Virus record (IMG/VR): IMGVR_UViG_2907128583_000005
Location: 96,001 to 160,000 of that record
DNA length: 64,000 nt
Strand: one strand, 5' to 3'
Source of the DNA: a virus
Taxonomy: Duplodnaviria; Caudoviricetes
Part shown: positions 1-9,916 of the stretch, piece after piece
Layout: each line of letters starts with the position of its first letter
Numbering within the stretch: the stretch's first letter is position 1
Position numbers and translations under genes: made by a program
Notes under the pieces: model-generated
Databases searched by the model: none
What the model saw: only the letters and a program-made list of their open reading frames with translations
What the model was told of the DNA's origin: nothing

Positions 1-394
1 TTAACTGTATAAAGCCCTCAACAAATGCAGTCAAAGATTGTCCTGGTGCTAAAAATGCAACCCCTTCTTTTATCATATGTGCTTTATCTATATGGGTAGA
101 TACTACGCTTCTATTCTTTGGTTTAAGTTTAATCTTTATATCTTTAGCAGGAATATTCCCGATATTAGATAGATGAAAATATACATTTCGTAGGTTTACT
201 GAGTTGAAGTAAGCAATTATATTAGGAGTATTATTTTCTTTCCTGATTTCTTCATTTTGTCTAACGGTGTCTGCACTATATCTTTGTGAATTTCTAGCAA
301 ACCAAACATTAAGCGCAGTCAATAAAACTGTTAACAAAATATTTATAAAACCTACTAATGAGCTATTTTGTAGATACCATTGGTTAAAATCCAT
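1..394 (-). CDS. Membrane-anchored hypothetical protein (runs off window)
   Basis: ATG at 394 with GGAG RBS; MDFNQWYLQNSSLVGFINILLTVLLTAL N-terminal TM. Confidence 0.65.
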   Translation of the reverse strand, partial: MDFNQWYLQNSSLVGFINILLTVLLTALNVWFARNSQRYSADTVRQNEEIRKENNTPNIIAYFNSVNLRNVYFHLSNIGNIPAKDIKIKLKPKNRSVVSTHIDKAHMIKEGVAFLAPGQSLTAFVEGFIQL

Positions 395-429
395 AAGACT
401 TCTCCGATCTCTTAAAGTAGATTTTTACT

Positions 430-645
430 TTATGATTCGTTTTTAGTTCCTCTACTATATCTTGATTTAATCCACTCTAAAAAATTTCGGGATTGCTGAG
501 GATTATAAGCTTGCAAAAACTCATTTACACTAATTTTTAAAGTCTCTTCCAAATATTCTTGCAGTTCTTCGCGAGTAGTGTAAAAGTAAAATTCGCTATG
601 TTGATTCGTAGAAACTAACTGTATATCATATCTCTGCTCATTCAT
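430..645 (-). CDS. Hypothetical protein
   Basis: ORF with RBS, flanked by junction sites. Confidence 0.7.
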   Translation of the reverse strand: MNEQRYDIQLVSTNQHSEFYFYTTREELQEYLEETLKISVNEFLQAYNPQQSRNFLEWIKSRYSRGTKNES

Positions 646-712
646 GTTGTAGTCTCCTTGTTGTCATATAAATTGCATTAGCACAAAGTATATTTCGGAT
701 CAAAGTAAACTT

Positions 713-862
713 TTATCTGTTTCTAAGGATTGATTCAGCATAGGATAGGCTTTCTTGTACATTCCCTGCGACTTCTCCAGATAGAACTTTTTTAAATTGA
801 ATTATGACCCATTCTAAAGCATCATAGCACTCTTCAACCATATGCTTGTTCTCGTTCTGCAT
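713..862 (-). CDS. Small hypothetical protein (49 aa, not in ORF track)
   Basis: MQNENKHMVEECYDALEW..., GGAGG RBS, TAA stop lies in the arm of site 700-715. Confidence 0.6.
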   Translation of the reverse strand: MQNENKHMVEECYDALEWVIIQFKKVLSGEVAGNVQESLSYAESILRNR

Positions 863-904
863 ACCTAAGCCTCCATTCTTAGTAAAAGAAAGATTTTAAT
901 TGGA

Positions 905-1114
905 TCAGTCAAATGCGTTTTCTTCATCTGAAAAATATTTGCGATTTTTTCCAGTGGCCTTCTCAAGGTCACGAATGTTAACCATAATATGATTTGAGTA
1001 ATGAGGGATTTCAGTCATTTGGTCTAAGATAATGTACAAATTCCTTAATGTTTCTTCTGCCTCGACCATTCTTCCTTTGTTATACCCCAACACATAATCC
1101 GTACTTGTGCTCAT
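905..1114 (-). CDS. Hypothetical protein
   Basis: ORF with GGGGAG RBS between junction sites. Confidence 0.7.
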   Translation of the reverse strand: MSTSTDYVLGYNKGRMVEAEETLRNLYIILDQMTEIPHYSNHIMVNIRDLEKATGKNRKYFSDEENAFD

Positions 1115-1152
1115 ATTATCTCCCCATTTCTATGTAAAAGGAAAATTTGATT

Positions 1153-1404
1153 CTATTTTTCTTTTGGTTTAATGTTTGCAAGGTAAACAATCAATACTAG
1201 ATAAAATAAAGAACATATCCATGCCAACACTGGACCTTCTTTCCAAGGAGACACGTTATAGATAAAATTAAAAGGCAAAGCAAATACGACTATCAGTAGA
1301 ACTACAAAAACAAATTTTATAAACAATGTTTCTTTTCCCAATCTAATGGTGCCACGTAGATAGAATAGAGCAACTAGAAATATAAGAACCTGAATCCAAG
1401 GCAT
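1153..1404 (-). CDS. Small membrane protein (about 3 TM)
   Basis: Hydrophobic segments. Confidence 0.7.
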   Translation of the reverse strand: MPWIQVLIFLVALFYLRGTIRLGKETLFIKFVFVVLLIVVFALPFNFIYNVSPWKEGPVLAWICSLFYLVLIVYLANIKPKEK

Positions 1405-1440
1405 TTTTTATATCACTCTTCCCGTAAAATGTACGATTTA

Positions 1441-1974
1441 TCAGAATCTCAATTGATCATAAATCTTCACAAAAATCTTAGCAATATTCTTAGCGTCATC
1501 AATCCCTCTGTGATGGGTTCCCTCCATTGGCAGTTTAAGCATAGTCAAAGCTCTTTCCATGCCTACGCCTCGCTCCCTACCAATCATCCTCCCATGCTGA
1601 TGCTTGAGACTGATATGGTTATCCGTCGATTCACATGCGATTTGATGTAGTGCACAATCCTTCTGCAACTGGTTCTTATCATAGAACCCCCAGGAGCAGA
1701 GGACATGAGGTTCATTGCCTATCCACTCTCGAAATTGACGGATTGCCTGCGGATAATACATTGCAGCATCCACATCCGCCTGAGAGATGGAGGTAAGCCG
1801 CTTACAAAAATCAGAAAGCTGTGGGCTTAATACAGGCTTGACAAAAATTTGGAATTCACTTACAGTCTTCAGCCTATCATTGAGTTTTACGGCTCCGATC
1901 TCAATAATTTCGTTTTGTCTTTTGCGGTCATTTTCCCAACAAGTAGCTTCTAGATCAAAAATTATGTAGTTCAT
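1441..1974 (-). CDS. DEDDh 3'-5' exonuclease (KapD/ERI-1-like)
   Basis: YIIFDLEATC, EIIEIGAV, SWGFYD and HHRGIDDA motifs. Confidence 0.9.
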   Translation of the reverse strand: MNYIIFDLEATCWENDRKRQNEIIEIGAVKLNDRLKTVSEFQIFVKPVLSPQLSDFCKRLTSISQADVDAAMYYPQAIRQFREWIGNEPHVLCSWGFYDKNQLQKDCALHQIACESTDNHISLKHQHGRMIGRERGVGMERALTMLKLPMEGTHHRGIDDAKNIAKIFVKIYDQLRF

Positions 1975-2010
1975 TTCTTAATCCTTTCTCACGCAAAGTA
2001 TTTGTTTTAT

Positions 2011-2211
2011 CTATAGTAACCAGTCTGATGATTTATAGCGTCTTGTGAAGTAAAGTAGCAATATCCCAATAAGGAAGGATGTTCCTCCAATAAAATAACC
2101 TCTTAGACTGTTTATGCTAAAAGCCATTGCTAATATTGCAACTCCCAATCCACAAGGAAAATACCCGAAAATACCTCTTACCAAAGCCATGAAAAAGAAT
2201 TTCCGATTCAT
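2011..2211 (-). CDS. Small membrane protein
   Basis: Two hydrophobic helices, RBS. Confidence 0.65.
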   Translation of the reverse strand: MNRKFFFMALVRGIFGYFPCGLGVAILAMAFSINSLRGYFIGGTSFLIGILLLYFTRRYKSSDWLL

Positions 2212-2306
2212 AAATCCCCCTCTTTTCTAATATGTAATTTATTATACAAACGAACAAGGATACTAATTGGTTTCAAATGTGATTTTCTAAATATGAAAGT
2301 CATATT

Positions 2307-2471
2307 TTATTCTTTAATATCATTTCCATCTTCATCTATTAATCTACTTCCTCCACCAAATTCCCAGCCATTAGATTCAACAAACTCTATAAACTTATCA
2401 ATAAATTCATCGTGATCAACGTTTCCTTCAGTAGCAAAAACTGCTCCGCTAATTTTTATGCCTTTTTTCAT
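2307..2471 (-). CDS. Small hypothetical protein
   Basis: GAGGA RBS before MKKGIK; stop in site arm. Confidence 0.6.
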   Translation of the reverse strand: MKKGIKISGAVFATEGNVDHDEFIDKFIEFVESNGWEFGGGSRLIDEDGNDIKE

Positions 2472-2484
2472 GGAATCCTCTCCT

Positions 2485-2961
2485 TTAATTGATATATAGC
2501 CCATAGTTTTTCGTCGCGTTCCCAGTTGAAATTACCAGTTTGTTTTCTCCTTCTTTTACTGCTTCGCTTAACTTAACAACAAAGTGTTTTTTAAAGTAAT
2601 ACCTTGAGTAAAAATCAACTGATTCATTTTCAGGTTTGTCGTTGTATATGACATTATCATTCAGTACTACAACAAGTGGTTCCGCACTATTGATGTACCT
2701 ACCATAAATATATAAATCAGCCTTTCTTTTTTTGTATTGAGAGACATCAATTGAAAATTTATTTTGATCATCTAAATCAATTTCTTCTTCGTAATAGTTA
2801 TTAGTTTCATCTAATAAAACACCTATTCCAACGCCATAAAAGAAAGTATGAGGGTCTCCAAAGTTTTTATCAAATTGATATCTAATATAATTTGGCACTT
2901 GTAAAACAACTAAAATAATTAAAACAATAAACAGACTGAGAAAGAACTTTTTCTTATTCAT
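2485..2961 (-). CDS. Exported or membrane-anchored hypothetical protein
   Basis: Basic N-terminus plus hydrophobic helix. Confidence 0.7.
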   Translation of the reverse strand: MNKKKFFLSLFIVLIILVVLQVPNYIRYQFDKNFGDPHTFFYGVGIGVLLDETNNYYEEEIDLDDQNKFSIDVSQYKKRKADLYIYGRYINSAEPLVVVLNDNVIYNDKPENESVDFYSRYYFKKHFVVKLSEAVKEGENKLVISTGNATKNYGLYIN

Positions 2962-3260
2962 TTCACTTCCCTCTCACTTTTTGATGAAGTCGCTTATCTT
3001 TTGTTAAATTCATTCTATCCCACTGATACTATTTAAATAAAACTCACATTTTATCAAGATTAGATTCAACAGCTTGCTTTCTCGACTTATAGTTTGAATC
3101 TGCACTTATAGAAGTTCTCCAATAATTAGATTCTTTCCATACATTCATGACATGTTTATCATTAACGTACACAATATATCTATTTTCTGAAAACTTCTCC
3201 AACCTGTATTTCAAAGCAAATACACCTCGCTAAATAAAAGATTCGTTTTACTTTCTATTT

Positions 3261-3557
3261 CTATCTCCACAATTCAATATTTTGGACACGGCTATCTAGA
3301 TCATCTATATTTGTATCCATGTCTTTAATATGAGATTCTAGATCGTTCAACCTCATATCTAAATCTTCAGTGTCATAAATATTTCCTTTATCTTCGACAT
3401 CTTCAACTCTTGTTTTTAAGCTTTCAAATTCTTCTGTTAGTCCCTTCAGTGCCTTATCCTGCTGGTAGCTAACATAAGACTGGTAGCCCAATAAACCTAC
3501 AATTAAAACACCTAGGCAAATACATATTATTTTTTTGAACAAATAAGATTCCTCCAT
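3261..3557 (-). CDS. Membrane-anchored coiled-coil protein
   Basis: TM followed by heptad repeats. Confidence 0.7.
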   Translation of the reverse strand: MEESYLFKKIICICLGVLIVGLLGYQSYVSYQQDKALKGLTEEFESLKTRVEDVEDKGNIYDTEDLDMRLNDLESHIKDMDTNIDDLDSRVQNIELWR

Positions 3558-3599
3558 TAATGTTTAATCCTATCGGGTGTATTTAGAAGATTAATTTTA

Positions 3600-4079
3600 T
3601 TATTTATAATTTTTCAAAATTTCTTTTATAAGATCAGTATATAAATTAGACATCTCGTTGTTCCACTCGTATCTAACCTTATCAGTATTATCAAATATTG
3701 TTATGTCTAATTTTCGTGTTTTGTTTCTTACTTTTGGTGGCAAGAGGTCTAGATTATTAAATAATATATGTCTAATGCTTTCTCTATACTTTACTAGATT
3801 AAATTTCGCAAATGTTTTACTAGATTCAGAATCATATTCGTATGAAATCATCCTCTCCTGACCATCAGCTTCAAGCACTTGATTTAACACTTTAAATTCT
3901 TCATATTTCCTGCTCATTTCCTTGTCTTCAAGATTCCAATTCCTCAGTCTGTTATCTTTTTCTCGTTCTCTGCGTGTTTGAAACCAATTGTTTAAAAGGC
4001 TTACTAGTGAAGCTACCAAACCACCTATAAGAGCTGCCCATCCTGCATTCATAACAGTGTCTTCTCCTTGCTTATTCAT
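3600..4079 (-). CDS. Membrane-anchored hypothetical protein
   Basis: WAALIGGLVASLVSLL TM; probable start at MNAGW. Confidence 0.7.
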   Translation of the reverse strand: MNKQGEDTVMNAGWAALIGGLVASLVSLLNNWFQTRREREKDNRLRNWNLEDKEMSRKYEEFKVLNQVLEADGQERMISYEYDSESSKTFAKFNLVKYRESIRHILFNNLDLLPPKVRNKTRKLDITIFDNTDKVRYEWNNEMSNLYTDLIKEILKNYK

Positions 4080-4109
4080 TTTAAAGGGAAGCGAATTTCT
4101 GTAAAAGTG

Positions 4110-4895
4110 TTATTTTATTGCGCGCTTCCTATCGATAATACTTCCCATAAGTTGCTTAATACCAATAAACATGACAAGACCGAATGTGATTGGCGATACA
4201 CACAACGACCTCCAAAAATATATCTTACTATTGTACCAATTGAATGTTTTTTCTATATTCGCTTCACCTGTATAATCATCTTCAATTACTATTGCACCAT
4301 CAATAGGTCTAATAAATATTCTGTTCATATCTACGTTCATTGGATTAATTATTATCTTATAGTCTCTTGGATCTGATTCGCTATAATGAGAGTACCAGAA
4401 AGAGTTAAATTTAGGTTCCTTGTTTTCATCAGTTCGAGAAGGGTGAAACCAAACAAATTTCTTAGTTGCATCACTGAATTTAAAATTGTAATTTGAACGT
4501 GCGCTACTATTTGCAATCAATCTAATTATCCCAGTTCTTTCAGCCTCTTCAATTTCGTAAGGAAATAAGTGGTCGGTATAATGTATTAAATTCCTTCCAT
4601 TCAATTTTTCATACTCTTCTTTTGTGATCCGTCTTATGTAATATCTCGATTTCAAAGGATAGAGTAAAGGAACAAGAACAAAGTATCCTATGTACGGGAT
4701 TATGACAGAGATGATACTGGGCAAACCGGGTATAATACCTTCAATCCAAATAGATATCAATAATGCTAAAATCAATAGTATTAGCGTATAAAGTAAAATA
4801 GTGACCAATTGTAATGCATGTCTGATTCTACCGATTTTCCCACGCAATTTTTTTCTTACTTTTCTTTGCGTCATCTCCAATATTATCACCACCAA
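4110..4895 (-). CDS. Membrane protein, hypothetical
   Basis: Two N-terminal TMs, soluble domain, C-terminal TM. Confidence 0.7.
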   Translation of the reverse strand: MVVIILEMTQRKVRKKLRGKIGRIRHALQLVTILLYTLILLILALLISIWIEGIIPGLPSIISVIIPYIGYFVLVPLLYPLKSRYYIRRITKEEYEKLNGRNLIHYTDHLFPYEIEEAERTGIIRLIANSSARSNYNFKFSDATKKFVWFHPSRTDENKEPKFNSFWYSHYSESDPRDYKIIINPMNVDMNRIFIRPIDGAIVIEDDYTGEANIEKTFNWYNSKIYFWRSLCVSPITFGLVMFIGIKQLMGSIIDRKRAIK

Positions 4896-4917
4896 TAAAA
4901 TTTTATCTTTTTAATCC

Positions 4918-5175
4918 TTAGTTATTATATTCTCTATCTATTTTCTCAGATATCTCTTTTTCTATAAGCAGTTCTTCGAAACGTTCAATGGCTTCTTCGG
5001 GATTGTTGCTCAGTTGTACCGAATCTATGTATGTATCTCTAAAACTGTCATTATCTCCAACCCCATTTGTATCCAACCATTTTTCAATTATAATCTCAAA
5101 ATGACTAGCCTTGTGACGATATTTGGCTGCTTTCCTAATTGAATCCCTAATTTCTTTAGAGATTTTAGTCTTCAT
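4918..5175 (-). CDS. Hypothetical phage protein
   Basis: GAGGTG RBS. Confidence 0.7.
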   Translation of the reverse strand: MKTKISKEIRDSIRKAAKYRHKASHFEIIIEKWLDTNGVGDNDSFRDTYIDSVQLSNNPEEAIERFEELLIEKEISEKIDREYNN

Positions 5176-5212
5176 ATGCTGTCACCTCTCTTTATAGAAC
5201 TAACTTATTACC

Positions 5213-5425
5213 TTATGCAGTAGCTCTTTTTTCAATTTTATCAATATCATTTTTTAGTTCATACCAACATTCAACTACCCAATTGCTAACTTCTAATCCT
5301 CTGTTAGCTTTAATTTCCTCGTTGCCTTTTCTCATAACTAATGAGCCCAAACCGATAAATGGACATGTCCAACCTTTGTAGTCACCAATATTCTTGTAAA
5401 TAAGATCAATATCTTCTTGTTGCAT
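5213..5425 (-). CDS. Hypothetical protein
   Basis: GAGGAGG RBS. Confidence 0.65.
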   Translation of the reverse strand: MQQEDIDLIYKNIGDYKGWTCPFIGLGSLVMRKGNEEIKANRGLEVSNWVVECWYELKNDIDKIEKRATA

Positions 5426-5538
5426 CTCTATCCCTCCTCGATGCTTAACATAGCAATATTATACAACATTTTCCTATGTATTTCTCAACAACTTATACAT
5501 ATTATTTTATTATTTTTGTTTGTTTAAGTCAAGCTGAA

Positions 5539-5931
5539 TTATTCCAACCTGACCAATTTACTCAAGTCAACATCCATATAAGCAGCTATCCTTACTTCTA
5601 CATCATTCCTAATTTTAGACCAAAGAAATCGCATGGTGTGAGTATATCCACGACATAGATACTCGGTCACCAAATCTTTATCTGACCTAACCCCCTCATA
5701 AACTTTTATGCCTCTCTGTCTCATTTTTTGACGAACCACTTTTAAATCTGTCAATACTCTGCTTTGTAAGCCCTCTAGATATAAAACAAACAATTCCTTC
5801 ATCTTTAAGTCAGACTTCTTGATCTTGCTTATGTTAAGCTCCAATACATCCAACACATAAGGTAGTTGTATAAAATCAATTACAAGCTGAGTGTCTTCAT
5901 TAGATGTTTTATAATTACTCATGCTGTACAC
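5539..5931 (-). CDS. YhjD-like SOS-regulated protein
   Basis: FIQLPYVLDVLE...KMRQRGIKV...CRGY pattern of the YhjD family; LexA box upstream. Confidence 0.65.
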   Translation of the reverse strand: MYSMSNYKTSNEDTQLVIDFIQLPYVLDVLELNISKIKKSDLKMKELFVLYLEGLQSRVLTDLKVVRQKMRQRGIKVYEGVRSDKDLVTEYLCRGYTHTMRFLWSKIRNDVEVRIAAYMDVDLSKLVRLE

Positions 5932-5940
5932 ACACTCCTA

Positions 5941-5952
5941 GAACGTTTGTTC
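5941..5952. promoter_or_regulatory. LexA/DinR SOS box
   Basis: GAAC-gttt-GTTC directly upstream of the yhjD-like gene. Confidence 0.75.
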
Positions 5953-5977
5953 TTATAGTGTACAACTAACTAAATAA

Positions 5978-6262
5978 CTATTCAATAGCATCGTATCTAA
6001 ACATGTTCCTATCTGCTTCAACAAGAACTCTTTGTCCAACATATTCGCCATCTATGTATAATTCGAATTCATAACCTTTGTATTCAACCAAGAGAGTATT
6101 TGAAGGAATGTTCCCGTAATTCCTTGTGTACTCCTCTCCACTAGGCAACTCAAACCGAACAACAATTAGACTGTTCATATGATTTGTTTTAAGGTAAATT
6201 CTAAAAACAGTGTCTGATTTGGGTGGAAACTGATACTGAACATTAGTCTTCTGTTTTGCCAT
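5978..6262 (-). CDS. Hypothetical protein
   Basis: AGGAG RBS. Confidence 0.65.
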   Translation of the reverse strand: MAKQKTNVQYQFPPKSDTVFRIYLKTNHMNSLIVVRFELPSGEEYTRNYGNIPSNTLLVEYKGYEFELYIDGEYVGQRVLVEADRNMFRYDAIE

Positions 6263-6298
6263 TATTATGTATTCTCCTATCTTGGTAAAACGATGCTT

Positions 6299-6586
6299 TT
6301 ACTTGCTTTTAACTTCTGATAGCTGCTGAACAAATCCTTCGTGTTGGCTGATTGTTTCAAGTGAAATATCTACATCGTATAATTTATTTTTCACTACCTT
6401 GAATGTTTTGTCTGAGCTAATAATAAATCCATTTTTTTGACCATCTTCATCTGTAAACACCATAATATCTCCCTTACTCGTCCTGATCGTTTCAATATAT
6501 TTTTGGTCGTAATATGTCTTATAACTTTTTTCGCATCCCATCAGAATTAAAACTAAAGATATAGCAATAAACATTTTAAATTTCAA
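6299..6586 (-). CDS. Putative lipoprotein
   Basis: Lipobox-like LMGC after signal peptide. Confidence 0.7.
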   Translation of the reverse strand: MKFKMFIAISLVLILMGCEKSYKTYYDQKYIETIRTSKGDIMVFTDEDGQKNGFIISSDKTFKVVKNKLYDVDISLETISQHEGFVQQLSEVKSK

Positions 6587-7154
6587 TTGAAATACTCTCC
6601 TTTAATTCGATTAAAGCCTTCTTATATTTCTTCACACGGTCATAATCCTTCTTTGTTGGCTTTTCAAGCCTACTCAAATCCATATTGTCTTCAATATCTG
6701 CAATTTTGACAGTTCGGGCTAACTCATTTTGTTTACAACGTGCAATGAACTCCCAATACGTTTCATTCTCTTGTCTTGTCAAAGCAATAACTGCATCAAT
6801 AATTTGGTCAGTGAAATCTTCTGACAGCTTCTCTTCAGTCATAGTTGTATCTTCTAAGATATCATGCAGTACTGCCACAATTTGTTCTTCATTTGATTTC
6901 AAATTCATCATTACACGCAATGGATGTAAAATATATGGATTACCACCCTTATCAAGTTGACCATTATGCATGGTTGAAGCAATTGAGATTGCTTTGTTTA
7001 AGTTGTTTACTATCTTGAAGCAATCCTCTCTATACAAAACTGTTCCTATTAACAACCATCCTTTTTTATAATATTGAGCGCCATATTCTTGTCCAACTAC
7101 CAATTCATCATAGTTATTATGCCACTTAGAATATATGACCTTCATTAGCATCAA
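6576..7154 (-). CDS. HD-domain RelA/SpoT-type small alarmone hydrolase-like protein with N-terminal extension
   Basis: HNGQLDKGGNPYILHPLRV, AVLHDILED, VKIADIEDN. Confidence 0.85.
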   Translation of the reverse strand: MMLMKVIYSKWHNNYDELVVGQEYGAQYYKKGWLLIGTVLYREDCFKIVNNLNKAISIASTMHNGQLDKGGNPYILHPLRVMMNLKSNEEQIVAVLHDILEDTTMTEEKLSEDFTDQIIDAVIALTRQENETYWEFIARCKQNELARTVKIADIEDNMDLSRLEKPTKKDYDRVKKYKKALIELKESISIEI

Positions 7155-7192
7155 CCTCCTTGCAATCTATTCCTTCTAAAAGCCCAATTTTA

Positions 7193-7402
7193 TCAGTCAT
7201 CTTCCATGTGAATTTCATAGTGTTCAGGACATGCCTTTCTGTTCAACCAAGCACTTTCACCACACGCCCCAAAATCAAATTCGTACAACTTGCCATCCGA
7301 TCCAATGCCAAAGCAATAGCTTTCACCTTCAGTTAAAAAACGATCTTTAAACATGTCCCATATTTTATATTTCATTTTTCTACTCCTATCCATTGAATCC
7401 AT
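7193..7402 (-). CDS. Hypothetical phage protein (YopX-like N-terminus)
   Basis: MKYKIWD motif. Confidence 0.5.
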   Translation of the reverse strand: MDSMDRSRKMKYKIWDMFKDRFLTEGESYCFGIGSDGKLYEFDFGACGESAWLNRKACPEHYEIHMEDD

Positions 7403-8060
7403 AAATCACATCCAACTCAAAATCACGCTGCGGCTTTAACGTGTATAATGTTTTGCCTTTCTTCCTTACATATCTACAACAATTACCTGTGCCCCCCTTC
7501 GATCCATCCCAAGCAGCGACAGCGATTCGTGATTTATCTACCATGTATTCATTTCTTTTTTGCATTTTCGCTACATGATACTCACCAATAGGCACTCCCT
7601 CTACCCCATATAGTGGCAGCTCGTCTACATAAACAACTTCATCTGCTGTATCAAGCATCTTCTTGTACCACAGTTGGGTCTCTTTATCTGACCATTTTAT
7701 TGGCTGCTTTTTAAATGGTACAGCGACAATATTGACGATGCTGGAGTAGTAATTTTTCTTTAGTCCTTGTACTGTCCAAAAGGCTATTTGGTCAAACCCA
7801 ATTGCTCCACCGGATATAAAACGTTCAACTCCCTCATTCTTAATTAAGTCAATTAACACTGTTTCAATTTTGCTTTTTATGTATTTTGATTGTTTATCCA
7901 TAAGGCTGTAGCAATTTCCTAATTTATTCGGGCGGTGTCCTGTGAATGATACTGTTTTACTTTCTAGGTTCTCCTGTATTCTGCGTTCTTCACGTCTTCT
8001 GTTTATTTCTTCTCTTCCCTCAGGGGAGTTTAACCATGCAAAGTCAACCATTAGCATCAC
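7386..8060 (-). CDS. SLOG-superfamily YspA/DUF1273 protein
   Basis: SFTGHRP, ISGGAIGFDQ, RNEYMVD, WDGSKGGT. Confidence 0.85.
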   Translation of the reverse strand: MMLMVDFAWLNSPEGREEINRRREERRIQENLESKTVSFTGHRPNKLGNCYSLMDKQSKYIKSKIETVLIDLIKNEGVERFISGGAIGFDQIAFWTVQGLKKNYYSSIVNIVAVPFKKQPIKWSDKETQLWYKKMLDTADEVVYVDELPLYGVEGVPIGEYHVAKMQKRNEYMVDKSRIAVAAWDGSKGGTGNCCRYVRKKGKTLYTLKPQRDFELDVIYGFNG

Positions 8061-8273
8061 CTCTTTCTTAAAAATCTAAAATCTCTGTAACGTTACAATT
8101 AAAATAAATGACCCCATCATTAAATAGAAATATGTTTTATGAGAGAATTTTGACTCGTTAGTGAAACTTATGAGGCGACAAGGTAGATATAATATTGCCA
8201 GCGCCGCCAACATACCCAAAGCAGTATTAAGATAAGAAATTAGAATTTTTTGTCACCCTTTATATTAAAATGT

Positions 8274-8474
8274 TCATTTTATCATTTCTTTTAGATCTGC
8301 CACAATTTCTTTGTATGTATACTCCCTTTCCAATGACCTAATCGAATCAATGGAATGAGGTTTAATGGGTAGACCTCCCCACTCATCTGGAACCATCACA
8401 GGATTTCTAAAAGCCTGTTCCGTAAGAATCTTTTCTTCATAGACAACTATCAACTTACTTAACTCTTCTTTCAT
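8274..8474 (-). CDS. Hypothetical protein
   Basis: Stop inside the spacer of site 8266. Confidence 0.65.
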   Translation of the reverse strand: MKEELSKLIVVYEEKILTEQAFRNPVMVPDEWGGLPIKPHSIDSIRSLEREYTYKEIVADLKEMIK

Positions 8475-8527
8475 CCTTCTCGTCCCTTCTAAATCAAATA
8501 TGTATTTGATTTGATTTTAATTGTTTA

Positions 8528-8938
8528 TTAATCCCGCACTACGCATCTATTGTTTTCCCAGTGTTCAATTATACCTCTGTCACTTTCTATTTCATTCAAA
8601 GCGTCTTTCGCCTTCAGAGCTTCTTCATAGTTAATGGTTGCAGAGAATACAATTCCACTTCTTCCTTTGACAACGTAAACTTCGTTTTTGATGGGCTTCA
8701 CATTCTCTCCAATTCCCTGCTTTTCCTCCCCTAAATCATCCAGTTCGCAACATGAATCAACATAAATATCAAAACTCCGCAAGAACGCTGCCTCCGCGTC
8801 AGTTAATTCTTCGCCCTCTTCCAGCTTATCATGCAACTCATTTGCTAGATCGAAAAGAGAACTCATCATTGCATCAAAACATTGATAATTGTAGTCCTCT
8901 CTTTCTTCCATAAGCAATTCTTCTTGTTCTTTGTTCAT
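8528..8938 (-). CDS. Acidic hypothetical protein
   Basis: Very E/D-rich; AGGAG RBS. Confidence 0.7.
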   Translation of the reverse strand: MNKEQEELLMEEREDYNYQCFDAMMSSLFDLANELHDKLEEGEELTDAEAAFLRSFDIYVDSCCELDDLGEEKQGIGENVKPIKNEVYVVKGRSGIVFSATINYEEALKAKDALNEIESDRGIIEHWENNRCVVRD

Positions 8939-8969
8939 AGTTTAATTCTCCTATTCGTATGTATTTATT

Positions 8970-9179
8970 CTAAGCAAATCCTCTACACTCATTTATCTCG
9001 TACTCATCTTCAAATCTATCTTGGATAGTCTCGTCTGGGCTATTACACGTCTCAAAGCAATTATATTCCTCCTGTTGAGACAGATCTCCACATTCATGTT
9101 CGAAGTTCTTGCATTTCAAGCAAATACTATCTGTGTTAATCTTCATTTTTCTACCTCCGTTTTTCTCCTTTATATTCAC
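8970..9179 (-). CDS. Cys-rich small protein
   Basis: CxxC and further Cys residues. Confidence 0.6.
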   Translation of the reverse strand: MNIKEKNGGRKMKINTDSICLKCKNFEHECGDLSQQEEYNCFETCNSPDETIQDRFEDEYEINECRGFA

Positions 9180-9234
9180 TTATGCTCCGTTTTTCAAGCT
9201 CGATATTTTAATGAAACACGCATTTTACACCAAA

Positions 9235-9492
9235 TCAATCGTAATAATTTTCAACTGCATCATTTGCTAGTTTAAAAATATCATCATCTTTTGTCTGCAC
9301 CGTAATCTTGTATAATACTTTTTTAAGCTTTTCGCTTCTTTTGTTCCACATCTTACAAGCTCGATCACACATAGTCCACTCTGCCTGAATGATCTTGTTT
9401 TCTTCCTCTAGGATTCTAATCTTTTCCATTAAACTTTCAATCGTTTTGCCCATTCCAATAATTTCGTCAGCACTAATCTTACATTCGCTCAT
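9235..9492 (-). CDS. Hypothetical coiled-coil protein
   Basis: ORF with RBS. Confidence 0.65.
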   Translation of the reverse strand: MSECKISADEIIGMGKTIESLMEKIRILEEENKIIQAEWTMCDRACKMWNKRSEKLKKVLYKITVQTKDDDIFKLANDAVENYYD

Positions 9493-9533
9493 TTTAATTT
9501 CTCCCTTTTAATGTTTTAATAAAATTTGACTTT

Positions 9534-9902
9534 TCAATTGCTATTCAATAAAGACAAATCGTACCCAGAATCAATAAACATAATTGTCTTCTTTCTATTG
9601 CAGTCATTACCCAAATATGTATATATCTCATCCATATCGTCTGCTGTAAAATTAGTTCCTAAATATTCATTGATAATTGCCCTAAATCGTTTCTGCCAAT
9701 ACTTACTTACTCCCTTGCAGCTTGGTCGCGATAACCATGCCAAGACCTTTCTTTTGATATCCCATTCTGTCTCAACATCCTCAAGAAGAAGAAATATGTT
9801 ATTCTTGGGTTCGATTATTAACTCGAACTTGGAATTGATAAAACAATCAGGCGAATAACGCTCAACAACTCTCATAAATTTTTGTATTTCAATTAGGTTC
9901 AT
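9534..9902 (-). CDS. Hypothetical phage protein
   Basis: AAGGAG RBS. Confidence 0.7.
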   Translation of the reverse strand: MNLIEIQKFMRVVERYSPDCFINSKFELIIEPKNNIFLLLEDVETEWDIKRKVLAWLSRPSCKGVSKYWQKRFRAIINEYLGTNFTADDMDEIYTYLGNDCNRKKTIMFIDSGYDLSLLNSN

Positions 9903-9916
9903 ATCGCTCTCCTTAT

